Of a DNA stretch of 50,205 nucleotides, positions 11,833-23,582 are shown piece after piece. The position numbers were made by a program, and so were the translations under genes. The notes below the pieces were generated by a model. The model made no database searches. It was not told the origin of the DNA and saw only the letters and a list, made by a program, of their open reading frames with translations. The DNA is from Octopus bimaculoides. Taxonomy: Eukaryota. The stretch covers positions 21,421,501 through 21,471,705 of the forward strand of contig NC_069000.1 in the NCBI RefSeq assembly GCF_001194135.2. The letters are read 5' to 3'. Numbering within the stretch: the stretch's first letter is position 1; each line of letters begins with the position of its first letter.

Positions 11833-12650
11833 TCATCATCATCATCATCATCATCGTTTAACGTCCACTTTCCATGCTAGCATGGGTTGGACGATTTGAC
11901 TGAGGACTGGTGAAACTGGATGGCAACACCAGGCTCCAGTCTGATTTGGGAGAGTTTCTACAGCTGGATGCCCTTCCTAACGCCAACCACTCAGAGAGTG
12001 TAGTGGGTGCTTTTACGTGTCACCCGCACGAAAACGGCCACGCTCGAAATGGTGTCTTTTATGTGCCACCCNNNNNNNNNNNNNNNNNNNNNNNNNNNNN
12101 NNNNNNNNNNNNNNNNNNNNNNNNNNNNNNNNNNNNNNNNNNNNNNNNNNNNNNNNNNNNNNNNNNNNNNNNNNNNNNNNNNNNNNNNNNNNNNNNNNNN
12201 NNNNNNNNNNNNNNNNNNNNNNNNNNNNNNNNNNNNNNNNNNNNNNNNNNNNNNNNNNNNNNNNNNNNNNNNNNNNNNNNNNNNNNNNNNNNNNNNNNNN
12301 NNNNNNNNNNNNNNNNNNNNNNNNNNNNNNNNNNNNNNNNNNNNNNNNNNNNNNNNNNNNNNNNNNNNNNNNNNNNNNNNNNNNNNNNNNNNNNNNNNNN
12401 NNNNNNNNGGGTGTGGCACTTTTTCACGCAGCTATCCTCCTCCATTCTCACCACATGTCCATACCAGCGCAATCGTCTCTCTTGCACGCTACAACTGATG
12501 CTTCTAATGTTCAGCTTTTCTCTCAAGATACTTACACTCTGACGGGTATTCACATTGACATTACACATCCAACGGAGCATACTGGCTTCATTCCTTGCGA
12601 GCTTACGTATGTCCTCAGCAGTTACAGCCCATGTTTCACTGCCATGTAGC
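11833..12650 (-). mobile_element. 5'-truncated RTE-clade LINE spanning an assembly gap
   Basis: (CAT)n tail at the left end; MLRWMCNVNV...ERRLRWYGHVVRMEED at the right end. Confidence 0.9.
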
Positions 12651-13456
12651 TCAAATGGTACTTATTTTATTGACCCTGAAAGGATGAAAGGCAAAGTTGA
12701 TGTCGGCAGAATTTGAACTAGGAATGTAAAGATGAATGAAATACTACTAAGCATTTCGCCCAGCATGTTAACGATTCTGCCAGCTCACTTATTACCCTGT
12801 CGCATTTCATATAGTCTTACCAATTCCACTTTCAATTTGGAGTACTTAGTGATTTTTTTCAACCTCTTTACTCACAACATTCATGTCATTTGGTATGGTT
12901 ACATTAATGATCTGACACTAACACCAGTTGTCAAGTGATGGGAGGGAACAAACACATACAGAAAGATACACACACACACACACACACACACATACACACA
13001 CAATGGGCTTCTTTCAGTTTCCATCGACCAAATCTACGCACAAGGCTTTGGTCAGCCTGAAGCTATAGTAGAAGACATTTGCTCAAGGTACCACTCAGTG
13101 GGACTGAATCAGGAACCATGTGGCTGGAAAACAAACTTACTGCCGCACAATTTATTTGAAAACTTAGTGGTAAAAGGTACACAAGTTCAGTTTTGTAATT
13201 GTTCAGCAATTTCTCTCTCTCTCACACACACACATACCTCAGTTAAGTAAATAGTAGTGAATCTTATAGAAAAAAACAGGCTATGAGAAATAACAAGCAA
13301 TCATGTATTGGAATGAAAGGAATTTTTGTAAATAATAAATAAAAACTCATTGAAGCAACAAAGTCAGAGGAACATTAGAAAATAAAAGAAAGGAAAATAC
13401 GAAATCAAGCATTGATTCATTCTGCTGAAGATATTTCATGATCAAACTTTGCTCAC

Positions 13457-13667
13457 CTTAGTTGACGTTCTAGGTAGGTTTTCTGTTCTTTCTCTTCAAT
13501 TGGATACTCTGGTATTTCAAAAGGGGCTGATGATACTTTGAGAGAATTGGACTGGCTCCGATGAAGAATTGAATCAGCTACTTTACGGAACTCATCATCA
13601 ACTGTTTTCGTCACGTGTTTGGGCATTTTTACTTCACTTGAATACAAACTAAGATTCCCAGATGAGT
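13457..13667 (-). CDS. Internal coding exon (211 nt, phase 1 to phase 2) of an unidentified protein: (D)SSGNLSLYSSEVKMPKHVTKTVDDEFRKVADSILHRSQSNSLKVSSAPFEIPEYPIEEKEQKTYLERQL(R/S)
   Basis: Long pyrimidine-rich acceptor ttttctcatttgcttgtctgttgtttttgacag|, canonical donor AG|gtgagc, and an open frame in unique sequence. Confidence 0.8.
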
Positions 13668-14340
13668 CTGTCAAAAACAACAGACAAGCAAATGAGAAAA
13701 CATGAATTCAAAGTGACCAGAAGATCAGGAAGAAATATTCAAACTAATATTTTTACACAATGGCTGTCAACTTGATTATCAAGATGCTGAATGGTACAGC
13801 TTTTAAATGGCCTCGTTTCAAACTGAAAAGAACTTATTAAAGCAACAACAATATAGCTTATCTCACAATCAGGACATAGTGTACACAGTGTGGTAATGTG
13901 TGTGTATGTGTGTGCGCACACATGTGTGTATGTGTATATGTGTAAGTGAGTGCATATACTTACACATACAGACATATGTGTTGTTCTCTTAAGGATCTAT
14001 ACTTATTCTACTTTTAAAACCACTGAACCTTGTTGCATACAAAAGCAGCATGTTTTACCACCTAAAGTTTTATACAACACATACTTAGAGAGACATACAG
14101 AGTTGTGGGGAATGTGCTATGTAGTGGTGCCTAGTATATCCAAACAGTATTGTTCCAGTCATAGAATACCTTGTTGGTCAGGTACTAATGCTGAAATAAA
14201 AGGCTTGGTTGTGTGATAAAATGTTTGCTTCCACAACCACATGGTCCTGGGTTCAGTCCCAAGGCATGGCACCTTGGGCAAGTGTCTTCTACCAAAGCCT
14301 TTTGAGTGGATCTGGTAGACAGAAACTGAAAGAAGCCCAT

Positions 14341-14383
<43 letters not shown>

Positions 14384-14969
14384 ATGTATGTATGTATGTA
14401 CATATGTATGTATTCATGTATAAGTATATGCATTTGTAATATTGTTTATGTCTAATCAGTAATACAGAGGCTAAAGATTTCAAATTTCATACTTAAACTA
14501 TCACAAAAAGAGTTCATTGTAGCAAATATTTTTAATTCCCTATTTAGTCATCCATTTTATGTATCTGAACGCATCATTTTTGTTTTCTTTATTCATTTTT
14601 TTTTAATCAGCTGTAAAAATAATCAGTGATCTTTTGCCAAAACTATTAGTAGCAATTAGAAATATCAAATTTTCACTGAAGTTTTGAGAAATGGTGATTT
14701 GATCTAATTCTTAGGCATTTACTCACAAAGAATCCAGTGTTTAGACCAAAAATTCCAGCACAAAAACAACGTACATTTATTGAAGTTTTTTGCTCACTCT
14801 CTCTCTGACAGTTTTTAAATATCTACCAATACAGAAAATTACTTCTCAAACTGTGTGGTAAGAAATTTGCTTCCTAGGTTCAGTCCCACTGTGTGACTGG
14901 GCCCCTAGGACAAATAACTCAGAGCCAACTAAAGCCTCGCGAATGGAAGTGGTAGATGGAAACCAAAAG

Positions 14970-15005
<36 letters not shown>

Positions 15006-15301
15006 GTGCGTGCGTGCGTGCGTGTGTGCGTGTGCTTGACAACCGGAGTTGGTTTGTTTGCATCCCCATCACTTGGCAATTCAGCACAAGTGACTGATAG
15101 AATAAGCACTAGGCTTAAAAATAAGTACTGGAGATGATTTGTTCGACTAGACCCCTGAAGGTTGCCCCAGCATAGCCACAGTCCAAGTAAAAGACAAAGG
15201 ATGATATTTTTTAAAATGATAAAAGTCAGTATTTCACTGACAAACCCAAGAGCTGTGACATTTTTCTGGTAATGTAACTTAAATGTTGAGAGAGAGGGGG
15301 A

Positions 15302-15339
<38 letters not shown>

Positions 15340-15863
15340 CTTGATTATAAAAAACTGAACTGTACAGATTTAGATAATCAAGAGGAAACACTTTATATCT
15401 AACACTTCTTAAGTTGAACCTTTTAGCATTTAAGCTAGCCATATACAGCCCAAATATTGTACCTGGTTTAGGTTCAAACTGGACAGATCCAGTCTATCAC
15501 ATATATTCCCAACAAAGTCATTCTAAAAATAAACATCAATGAAATTCCAACATTACAATATAATGCATGACAAATGCAAATCAATGTGAATAAATAAGCA
15601 TTGCATTTGACAGAGTAATCTGAGTGCTAAATGTTTAAAACTTCAAGACAACTTCATAAATTCAATGGATGGTAATATAAGGGATGTCAGTGTGGGTGGT
15701 GAGCTCCATTGAGGACATAGAGAAGAAGGACACTGACACTAACAGTATCAATGTAGAGACATGCGTTATCTGGTCTTTTGTGGGGACCAAGGTTTGTTCT
15801 CTCCCAAGTGCATTCCATATATCTGCACACCTTGCTTTTTGTGAGCAAATAGAATGTGTGAGA

Positions 15864-15898
<35 letters not shown>

Positions 15899-16225
15899 CG
15901 CATGCACACCCATCATATCTTTGTGTGTCTGTGAGAGCATGTCCTTTTAAATTCTGGTTATTGCTTTCCCTTTGCTTCAATAGATATTTGTATTATCTTT
16001 GCTTATCATAACCTTTCATTCTTTAGAGTAAGCGATACCTATTTATAGTGAAATCATCAAATAAGGAAATGTAAATTAATGCACTCAGCTTTGACCTTAA
16101 GCTATCAACATATAATCAAAACAATGAAAATTCTCACCCTCCTCTCTAACCTACAAATCTACCTACCTATATACATACATACCTATTTGTCTATCTACCT
16201 ATCTATCTCTCCATCTCTCTTAGTT

Positions 16226-16605
16226 GTGTGTTGTGTGTTGGCACTCCGTCGCTTACGACGTCAAGGGTTCCAGTTGATCCGATCAACGGAACAGCCTGCT
16301 CGTGAAATTAACGTGCAAGTGGCTGAGCACTCCACTGACATGTGTACCCTTAACGTAGTTCTCGGGGATATTCAGTGTGACACAGTGTGACAAGGCTGAC
16401 CCTTTGAATTACAGGCACAACAGGAAGTAAGAGTGAGAGAAAGTTGTGGTGGAAGAGTACAGCAGGGTTCGCCACCATCCCCTGCCGGAGCCTCGTGGAG
16501 CTTTAAGTGTTTTCGCTCAATAAACACTCACAACGCCCGGTCTGGGAATCGAAACCGTGATCCTATGACCGCGAGTCCGCTGCCCTAACCACTGGGCCAT
16601 TGCAC
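16226..16605 (-). mobile_element. Young tRNA-derived (Arg-like) SINE with a 17-bp target-site duplication
   Basis: Head gcaatggcccagtggttagggcagcggactcgcgg..ggtttcgattccc, CpGs retained, 3' hairpin gttcc-a-gttgatc-c-gatcaac-ggaac, and ctccatctctcttagtt duplicated at 16209-16225 and 16606-16622. Confidence 0.85.
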
Positions 16606-16625
16606 CTCCATCTCTCTTAGTTAAT

Positions 16626-17425
16626 ATCACTAAAACCAACAGGCCACATGCTGTGACACCTTCTCTAGCTCAAACCAGTGGGGATAGATCAAGGGGATGG
16701 TAAAAGGACTGAGGGTATGACAGTTTTCCTGTTCTGTGGTGGTAGGCCATTCATCTGGGATGCCACATGCAGTGATACCTTTTCCAGTGGCAACTTGGTG
16801 AGTTCAGCTACCTACCCATCTACCTACCTATATACATACATATCTAACCTAACTCTTCGAAACGCCAGTGTTTTAATGGTGGCAGTTGATGAAGGATATG
16901 TTCTCTATGTGGCCTGCATATTTTTTGTACCTTGTTTATCATTTTGTCCATGTTTTTTTGTACATGTAGATGAAGGTATGTACATACATGTACATATATA
17001 GATGCATATACTCATATATTATTTGTATTACATATCTATTTAGCTATCTATCTATCTCCCTTGGCAAATAGCTCTAAAACCAACAGGCCACATGCTGTGA
17101 CATCTTTTCCAGCAGTAACTTAGTGTGCTCAGCTACCAGCCCAGGCTCCATTGCTCATTCATCAGGCAGAGAAAAGCAAACTGTCAAGGTATCAGTCACT
17201 TTATGGTCAAGCCTGTGGCAGTGGAAACCTCTTGCATTCTCCCCACACACACCACCACCACCACCACCACCACCACTACCACTACCACCATATCCCTACT
17301 CACCACTATCAGGGCCAAGATAGCTGTCAGCAAGTGCAAGCCCCATAAGTTCATCTCCCCTACCATCCTCCAGGCAACGCCTTTTCCATGATTTCTGTTG
17401 GGACCACAGCGTGGTCGGAAATTGT
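16626..17425 (+). mobile_element. CRE-like (restriction-like endonuclease) LINE C-terminal fragment with an internal insertion
   Basis: GIDQGDGKRTEGMTVF...IWDATCSDTF, then KPVAVETS and GNAFSMISVG, typical of CRE-clade RLE domains. Confidence 0.7.
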
Positions 17426-17739
17426 ACGTTCGACTCCTAAATGTAAAGTTACTCCATATATTGAAAAGAACTGGTTTCATTTGACATGTCCTTCTAAAGA
17501 AGACGTTCTTTAACATACACCTTAGAGTTCCTTTCATACAGTATAGCAACCGGGGTTCCCCAGAACCCTAGAGTTCTTCAAAAGGTTCCTAGGGGTTCCG
17601 CAAGAAAGAGTGAGATAAGCTAATGCTAATTTCATGATCGTACAACATATTATTGGTTATTGCAATATTGTAATATTGACATCATCCTGTCTCACCTATT
17701 ATGTTATCAAAAAAATATAACAATCACACACACACAAAC

Positions 17740-17835
<96 letters not shown>

Positions 17836-18784
17836 TTGATATGATATGATATTTACCATGTGAACTATGATGAAAAAAATAGGAGAAAGATATGGTGTAT
17901 AATTTATTTTGTGCTTGAGACATGTAATTTATTTTAAGGATTACGCAAGGGTTGTGAAACATTGGCATCAGAAAACAATAACAATAATAATGATGCTCAT
18001 CTGACTCTCCATTCCGAGCAATACAATTTCTTTTCAAATACACTGCCTTATTTCATATAACTTTGAAAATAATGAAGAATTTAGTAAAATAACTTGTCTA
18101 TAATAAGCTGGTGTTTGGAACATAGATTCACATTAAATTTTCGTGTTAATCTTTTAAATACCAGCATCCCTGACTACCATCAACACCATCACCACTGTCA
18201 CTGCCACAACCTCAAAGAAGCTCTTTGCATGGTCACTGACATGCTAGAAATAACAACCAAATCTCCCTTACATCACACCCCACACTACTGTCTTGAAACA
18301 AGAAGGACACATTGGATAATATAGCAAGATAAAAGTACCACACTATAACGAATGCTGTTTGTGAGTGTGGTTTAAGAGAGACTTGGTTGCTATACCTAGT
18401 AGTTTGAATAACTGCACAAAGGATCCCTTGTTATCACATCTCACTTAGGTTCATACATAATGTATTGAAGTTTAAGCAGGTTAAACTTCAAAAACATCAA
18501 CATTGAAAACTTAAAGGGTTAATATCCTTACGCTGTTTAGTAGTGGAACCAGAAATTATAAATTATAGAACCAGATAAGATGCTTCTTTCAAAGTATCTA
18601 GCTTGGTTCCTTACATTTCCAGTCTCAAATCCTAACCAAATGAACACTTGACTCTCATGAGTCAATACAATATCACTAAAAATTTACTAGTGTTTTGGCT
18701 ACCAGCTATACTCTCTCTCTCTATCCAAAAACAATACCTTATACCCACAGAGAAATCAAGATTCTAACATTCTCAAATAAAATT

Positions 18785-19439
18785 GCTTTTTAAAGCCAGT
18801 TCACCTCAAGGCAATGATTTTTGAAAGTGTTCATCATGAAATAGAGGAATTTCACTTTGTTTTAATTCCTAGTGCTAGAGAAATTTGACAAGTCAGTGGA
18901 CAGAAATATGCTCCACAATAAGCTTGTTTGTTGAATGGTTATTTTCTGCAAGAATTGATATAAATCATTTCCAAAGATTTTGCCTGAGTCAGAGGGCAAA
19001 GCACAATGCTCATCATCTTTTTGCAGATCCAAGATGGGAGAAAGGGGAGACATTACTCTCAAGTAAGAGACTTGGCCCAAACTATTTGCAACTGAGTGAA
19101 CTCTGCTAAAGGCACTCAATGGCCAGGTAGTGGTGAGGACAGCAGCAATGTTAAACTGAGTGTTAGGTTTACTCTATCATCCATGAACATAAGCAGTCCT
19201 GTCAAGTGGCTTCCACACAGTTTCCACTGATACAGTTTCACTCACAAGGCTTAGGTCGACTAAAGCTATCATCCAGACACATACCCAAGTTTAACAGGCT
19301 CAAACGTGTGCAGCATAGTTCTGTCCACTGACTTGCCAAATTGTTCTAGCACTAGGAATCAAAACAGAGTGTAATTCCCCAATTTCATGGTGAATGCTTT
19401 AAAAAGTCATTCCCTTGAGGTGAACTGGCCTTGAAAGGC
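18785..19439. repeat. 133-bp inverted repeat pair (18785-18917 / 19307-19439) around a ~390-bp core; possible foldback or MITE
   Basis: gccagttcacctcaagg...ttcctagtgctaga...aagtcagtggacagaa is matched by its reverse complement at the right arm. Confidence 0.85.
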
Positions 19440-20261
19440 TATATGATTTGATAATATAGAATCAAACCTGGAATTACCATGGATTGTGAAGTGAACTTTA
19501 CAGTTGTACTCCTCCTTTTCCCCTTCCTCTCTGACCCAACCCAATTTCACAAATATAAATGAAATAATTAACCTGTTTCTCAGAGAATCTCACTGAACAG
19601 ACAAGAAACCAGTCACAGATTCTTACATTCTCTCAATTTCTTGTAATTCAGACTGCCCCATGGTCCCAACAGACAAAATTGAAAAGGCATTGCCCTGAAG
19701 GATGGTGAGGGAGATGCACTGGAACTTCCACTCTGACTCCTGGGATTCGCACTTGTGGACAGCCCCATCTCCGCCCTGGCAGCAGTAAGCAAGTATATGG
19801 TCCAGGGGGCCAAGAACACCAGATGTTTCCACTGCCAACAGCTTGACCATAAACCTGTCAGAGAGCAATGAGTAACTGATACCTGGCAGTTTGTTTTCTA
19901 AGCCTGATGAATGAGCAGCAGAGGCTGGGCTGGTAACTGACAACACAAAGTCGCTACTGGAGAAGGTGTCACAGCATGTGGCCTGTTGGTTTTAGTGATA
20001 TTTACTAAGGGTGATAGACAGGTAGCTAAATAGATATGTATGTAATACAAATAATAAATGGGTATATGCATATATACGTACATGTATGTACATACTTACA
20101 TCTACCTGTATATATAGATGCATAGCCGGGTACAGGACGTTGCAAGAAAAACATGGACAAAATGATAAACAGAATACAGAAAATACACAGGCCACATAGA
20201 GAACGTTTCCTTCATCAGCTGCCACCATTCTAAAACTAAGCATTTTGAAGAGTTAGGGCAG

Positions 20262-21694
20262 ATCATCATCATCATCATCATCATCGTCATCGTTTAACGT
20301 CCGCTTTCCATGCTAGCATGGGTTGGACGATTTGACTGAGGACTGGTGAAACCGGATGGCAACACCAGGCTCCAGTCTGATTTGGCAGAGTTTCTACAGC
20401 TGGATGCCCNNNNNNNNNNNNNNNNNNNNNNNNNNNNNNNNNNNNNNNNNNNNNNNNNNNNNNNNNNNNNNNNNNNNNNNNNNNNNNNNNNNNNNNNNNN
20501 NNNNNNNNNNNNNNNNNNNNNNNNNNNNNNNNNNNNNNNNNNNNNNNNNNNNNNNNNNNNNNNNNNNNNNNNNNNNNNNNNNNNNNNNNNNNNNNNNNNN
20601 NNNNNNNNNNNNNNNNNNNNNNNNNNNNNNNNNNNNNNNNNNNNNNNNNNNNNNNNNNNNNNNNNNNNNNNNNNNNNNNNNNNNNNNNNNNNNNNNNNNN
20701 NNNNNNNNNNNNNNNNNNNNNNNNNNNNNNNNNNNNNNNNNNNNNNNNNNNNNNNNNNNNNNNNNNNNNNNNNNNNNNNNNNNNNNNNNNNNNNNNNNNN
20801 NNNNNNNNNNNNNNNNNNNNNNNNNNNNNNNNNNNNNNNNNNNNNNNNNNNNNNNNNNNNNNNNNNNNNNNNNNNNNNNNNNNNNNNNNNNNNNNNNNNN
20901 NNNNNNNNNNNNNNNNNNNNNNNNNNNNNNNNNNNNNNNNNNNNNNNNNNNNNNNNNNNNNNNNNNNNNNNNNNNNNNNNNNNNNNNNNNNNNNNNNNNN
21001 NNNNNNNNNNNNNNNNNNNNNNNNNNNNNNNNNNNNNNNNNNNNNNNNNNNNNNNNNNNNNNNNNNNNNNNNNNNNNNNNNNNNNNNNNNNNNNNNNNNN
21101 NNNNNNNNNNNNNNNNNNNNNNNNNNNNNNNNNNNNNNNNNNNNNNNNNNNNNNNNNNNNNNNNNNNNNNNNNNNNNNNNNNNNNNNNNNNNNNNNNNNN
21201 NNNNNNNNNNNNNNNNNNNNNNNNNNNNNNNNNNNNNNNNNNNNNNNNNNNNNNNNNNNNNNNNNNNNNNNNNNNNNNNNNNNNNNNNNNNNNNNNNNNN
21301 NNNNNNNNNNNNNNNNNNNNNNNNNNNNNNNNNNNNNNNNNNNNNNNNNNNNNNNNNNNNNNNNNNNNNNNNNNNNNNNNNNNNNNNNNNNNNNNNAGTT
21401 GTTTCCTGTTTGTTTGCAGTCTTTATTGCACCTGAACATCTGCCACAAACAAAAACTAACTTGCTAGTTAACCTGCCTTTGATGTTGCTGCACCTCTTAT
21501 GTGTCCATAGCTTGCACCGGGTACATCTTATAGAGTTACTACCTACTCCTTTTCTACATACTGAGCAGGGCCATCTACCTGAAGGGGTTTGTGTTTTATC
21601 TACCTTCCTACTTATTAGGATTTTGGTTTTAGCTAGGTTGACTCTAAGGCCCTTCAATTCTAGACCTTGCTTCCACACCTGAAACTTCTCCTCT
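20262..21694 (-). mobile_element. 5'-truncated RTE-clade LINE, mostly hidden in the 20410-21396 gap
   Basis: WKQGLELKGLRVNLAKTK...CSVCRKGVGSNSIRCTRCKLWTHKRC...CGRC, with a (CAT)n tail at 20262. Confidence 0.9.
20410..21396. other. Largest assembly gap
   Basis: N-run. Other gaps are at ~2797-3078, 4577-4874, 7741-8160, 12072-12408, 30833-30904, 32058-32619 and 48208-48326. Confidence 0.98.
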
Positions 21695-22599
21695 TATGTA
21701 TGTATATAGATAGGTAGATGGGTGGGTGGGTAGGTAGGTGGGTAGGTAGGTAGGTAGGTAGGTAGGTAGATTAGTAGGTCTGAACATACCATGTTGCCGC
21801 TGGAAAGGTATCACTGCATGTGGCATCCCAGATGAGAGGCCTGCTGCCACAGAACAAGAAAACTGTCATACCATCAGGCCTTTTACCATCACCTCAGTTT
21901 AGCCCTATTGGCTGGAGCTAGGAAGCGAAGTCTGTAGCATCTAAGCTGTTTTATGATTTCATTAAGGACAGCATGATGTGGAAAGTATAGGGGCTTGACA
22001 AAGGGTAGAGGCTGAAAAAATCCTCAGTGGAACTATGACAGTATTTGTGAAATGTTTAAGTGATACAAACATATTTCTTCACATAAAACCATCACAATCT
22101 TAAATCTTCTACTGCCAATCAAGTTTAACCTTGTTTGACCACCTTTGACTTTTAGATAGCAACAAAAATATTCTAGTACTTATTCCAAAATGTTTATACT
22201 CTTACTGTAATCAACATTCAATACAATCACACTGCTTACAATCACATGAATTCCCGTTCCCACATTTTGAATCAACTTGATTCTTCAAATTTTGATTCCG
22301 GGATTCTTGATCAGAAGTTTGTAGGGGAACAGATTGGCTAGCATGGAGCTTGAGCAGGAGATTAATTTATTACAGGAAAGGAGGCGACTGTCTTCAACAT
22401 GGAAGATAACTATAACAGATGGTGATTGTGTGGGAGGAGGAAAATTAATAGGGATAAGAAGCAGATTCTGAAAACGGAAGTCTGTTATAGTGGTAGAAGA
22501 TGACAATACATCTTTTTTTTTTTTTTTTTGAGATTGGAGGGTGTGATTCAAGGGAGATTTTGCTCCTATTTTTAGCAGATCCAATGACAGTAGAGAAGC

Positions 22600-22754
22600 T
22601 TCCTCCAATGGTTGAGATTTTTGCTTCCCAACCACATGGTTCCAGGTTCAGTCTCGCTGCATGGCACATTGAGCAAGTGTCTTCTACTATAGCCTCAGGC
22701 CAACCAAAGCCTTTGTGGATGGAATTGGTAGATAGAAACTGAAAGAAGCCCATC

Positions 22755-22788
<34 letters not shown>

Positions 22789-23015
22789 CTATGTGTATGT
22801 GTTTTTATGTCTGTGTTTGTCCCACCACTTGACAACCAGTGTTGGTTTTGTTTATGTCCCCATACCTTAGTTGTTCAGCGAAAGAGACTGATAGAATAAG
22901 TACCAGGCTTAACAAAAAAATAAATACTGGGGTCGATTCATTCGAGTAAAAATTCTTCAAGGCAGTACCCCAGCATGGCTGCAATCTATTGACTGAAACG
23001 AGTAAAAGATAAAAG
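22600..23015 (+). mobile_element. Near-complete dominant SINE: tRNA-like head, internal (GT)n, central domain, tail
   Basis: ccaggttcagtc box-B-like head, gaaactgaaagaagccc, (GT)n, gatagaataagtaccagg, and a gactgaaacgagtaaaagataaaaga tail. Confidence 0.8.
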
Positions 23016-23582
23016 ATCTATTGAAAAATTTGAACAATCAGGCAAATGATTTTTCAAATGCTACCGTATCGCAGGTATGAAAGTAATAATATAAGTGGAA
23101 AGTTTGTAACTGCTGATGTTACTTTAAGCTAATAGATTTGTCACACTAGGTTACTGATCATTCTACTTATGTGATTGTATGCTGAATACAACTGGTAATT
23201 AACAAATTGAAGTTATCAAAAGTTAGAAAAAGCCCAACCCCAAACATTAAGTACTTTTTCTCACACCATGTCAACACAACTCACTTCGAGTTTTTTACGC
23301 AAAATTAACCTTTTGCTAATAAATGTTTATTTTTCAAGAAGTTATTATTACCATAACATTTTCCTATTAATCTCGGCTATTCATGCTTCTGTTTGCTGAA
23401 CAATATTTTAATTGGTTCAATCTGAATTCACCTTCACATGCCTTACATTACATTACACACACACACACATACATGCACATACACGCACATGCAAACACAC
23501 ATGCTGGCATAGGTTAGACAAGATTTCTTGAGGCAGTATTCTATAGCTGGATGTCCTTCCTAATACCAAAACTCCTTTTTAA

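Larger units (their letters stand above)
19623..22070 (-). mobile_element. Second CRE-like LINE C-terminal fragment, inverted relative to 16626-17425 and interrupted by an RTE LINE
   Basis: Minus translation includes PHHAVLNEII, GDGKRPDGMTVF...IWDATCSDT, KLLAVETSGVLG and QGNAFSILSVG. Confidence 0.75.

Noticed and set aside
15687-15835. Possible exon (open frames on both strands)
   Set aside because: No convincing acceptor/donor pair and no recognisable motif.
18862-19119. ORFs inside the inverted-repeat core
   Set aside because: They overlap the repeat arm, splice signals are weak or conflicting, and no family is recognisable.
22240-22490. Possible minus-strand exon ending at a gtaagc donor
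   Set aside because: The frame open to the donor has an upstream stop and no adequate acceptor; the good acceptor leads to stops.
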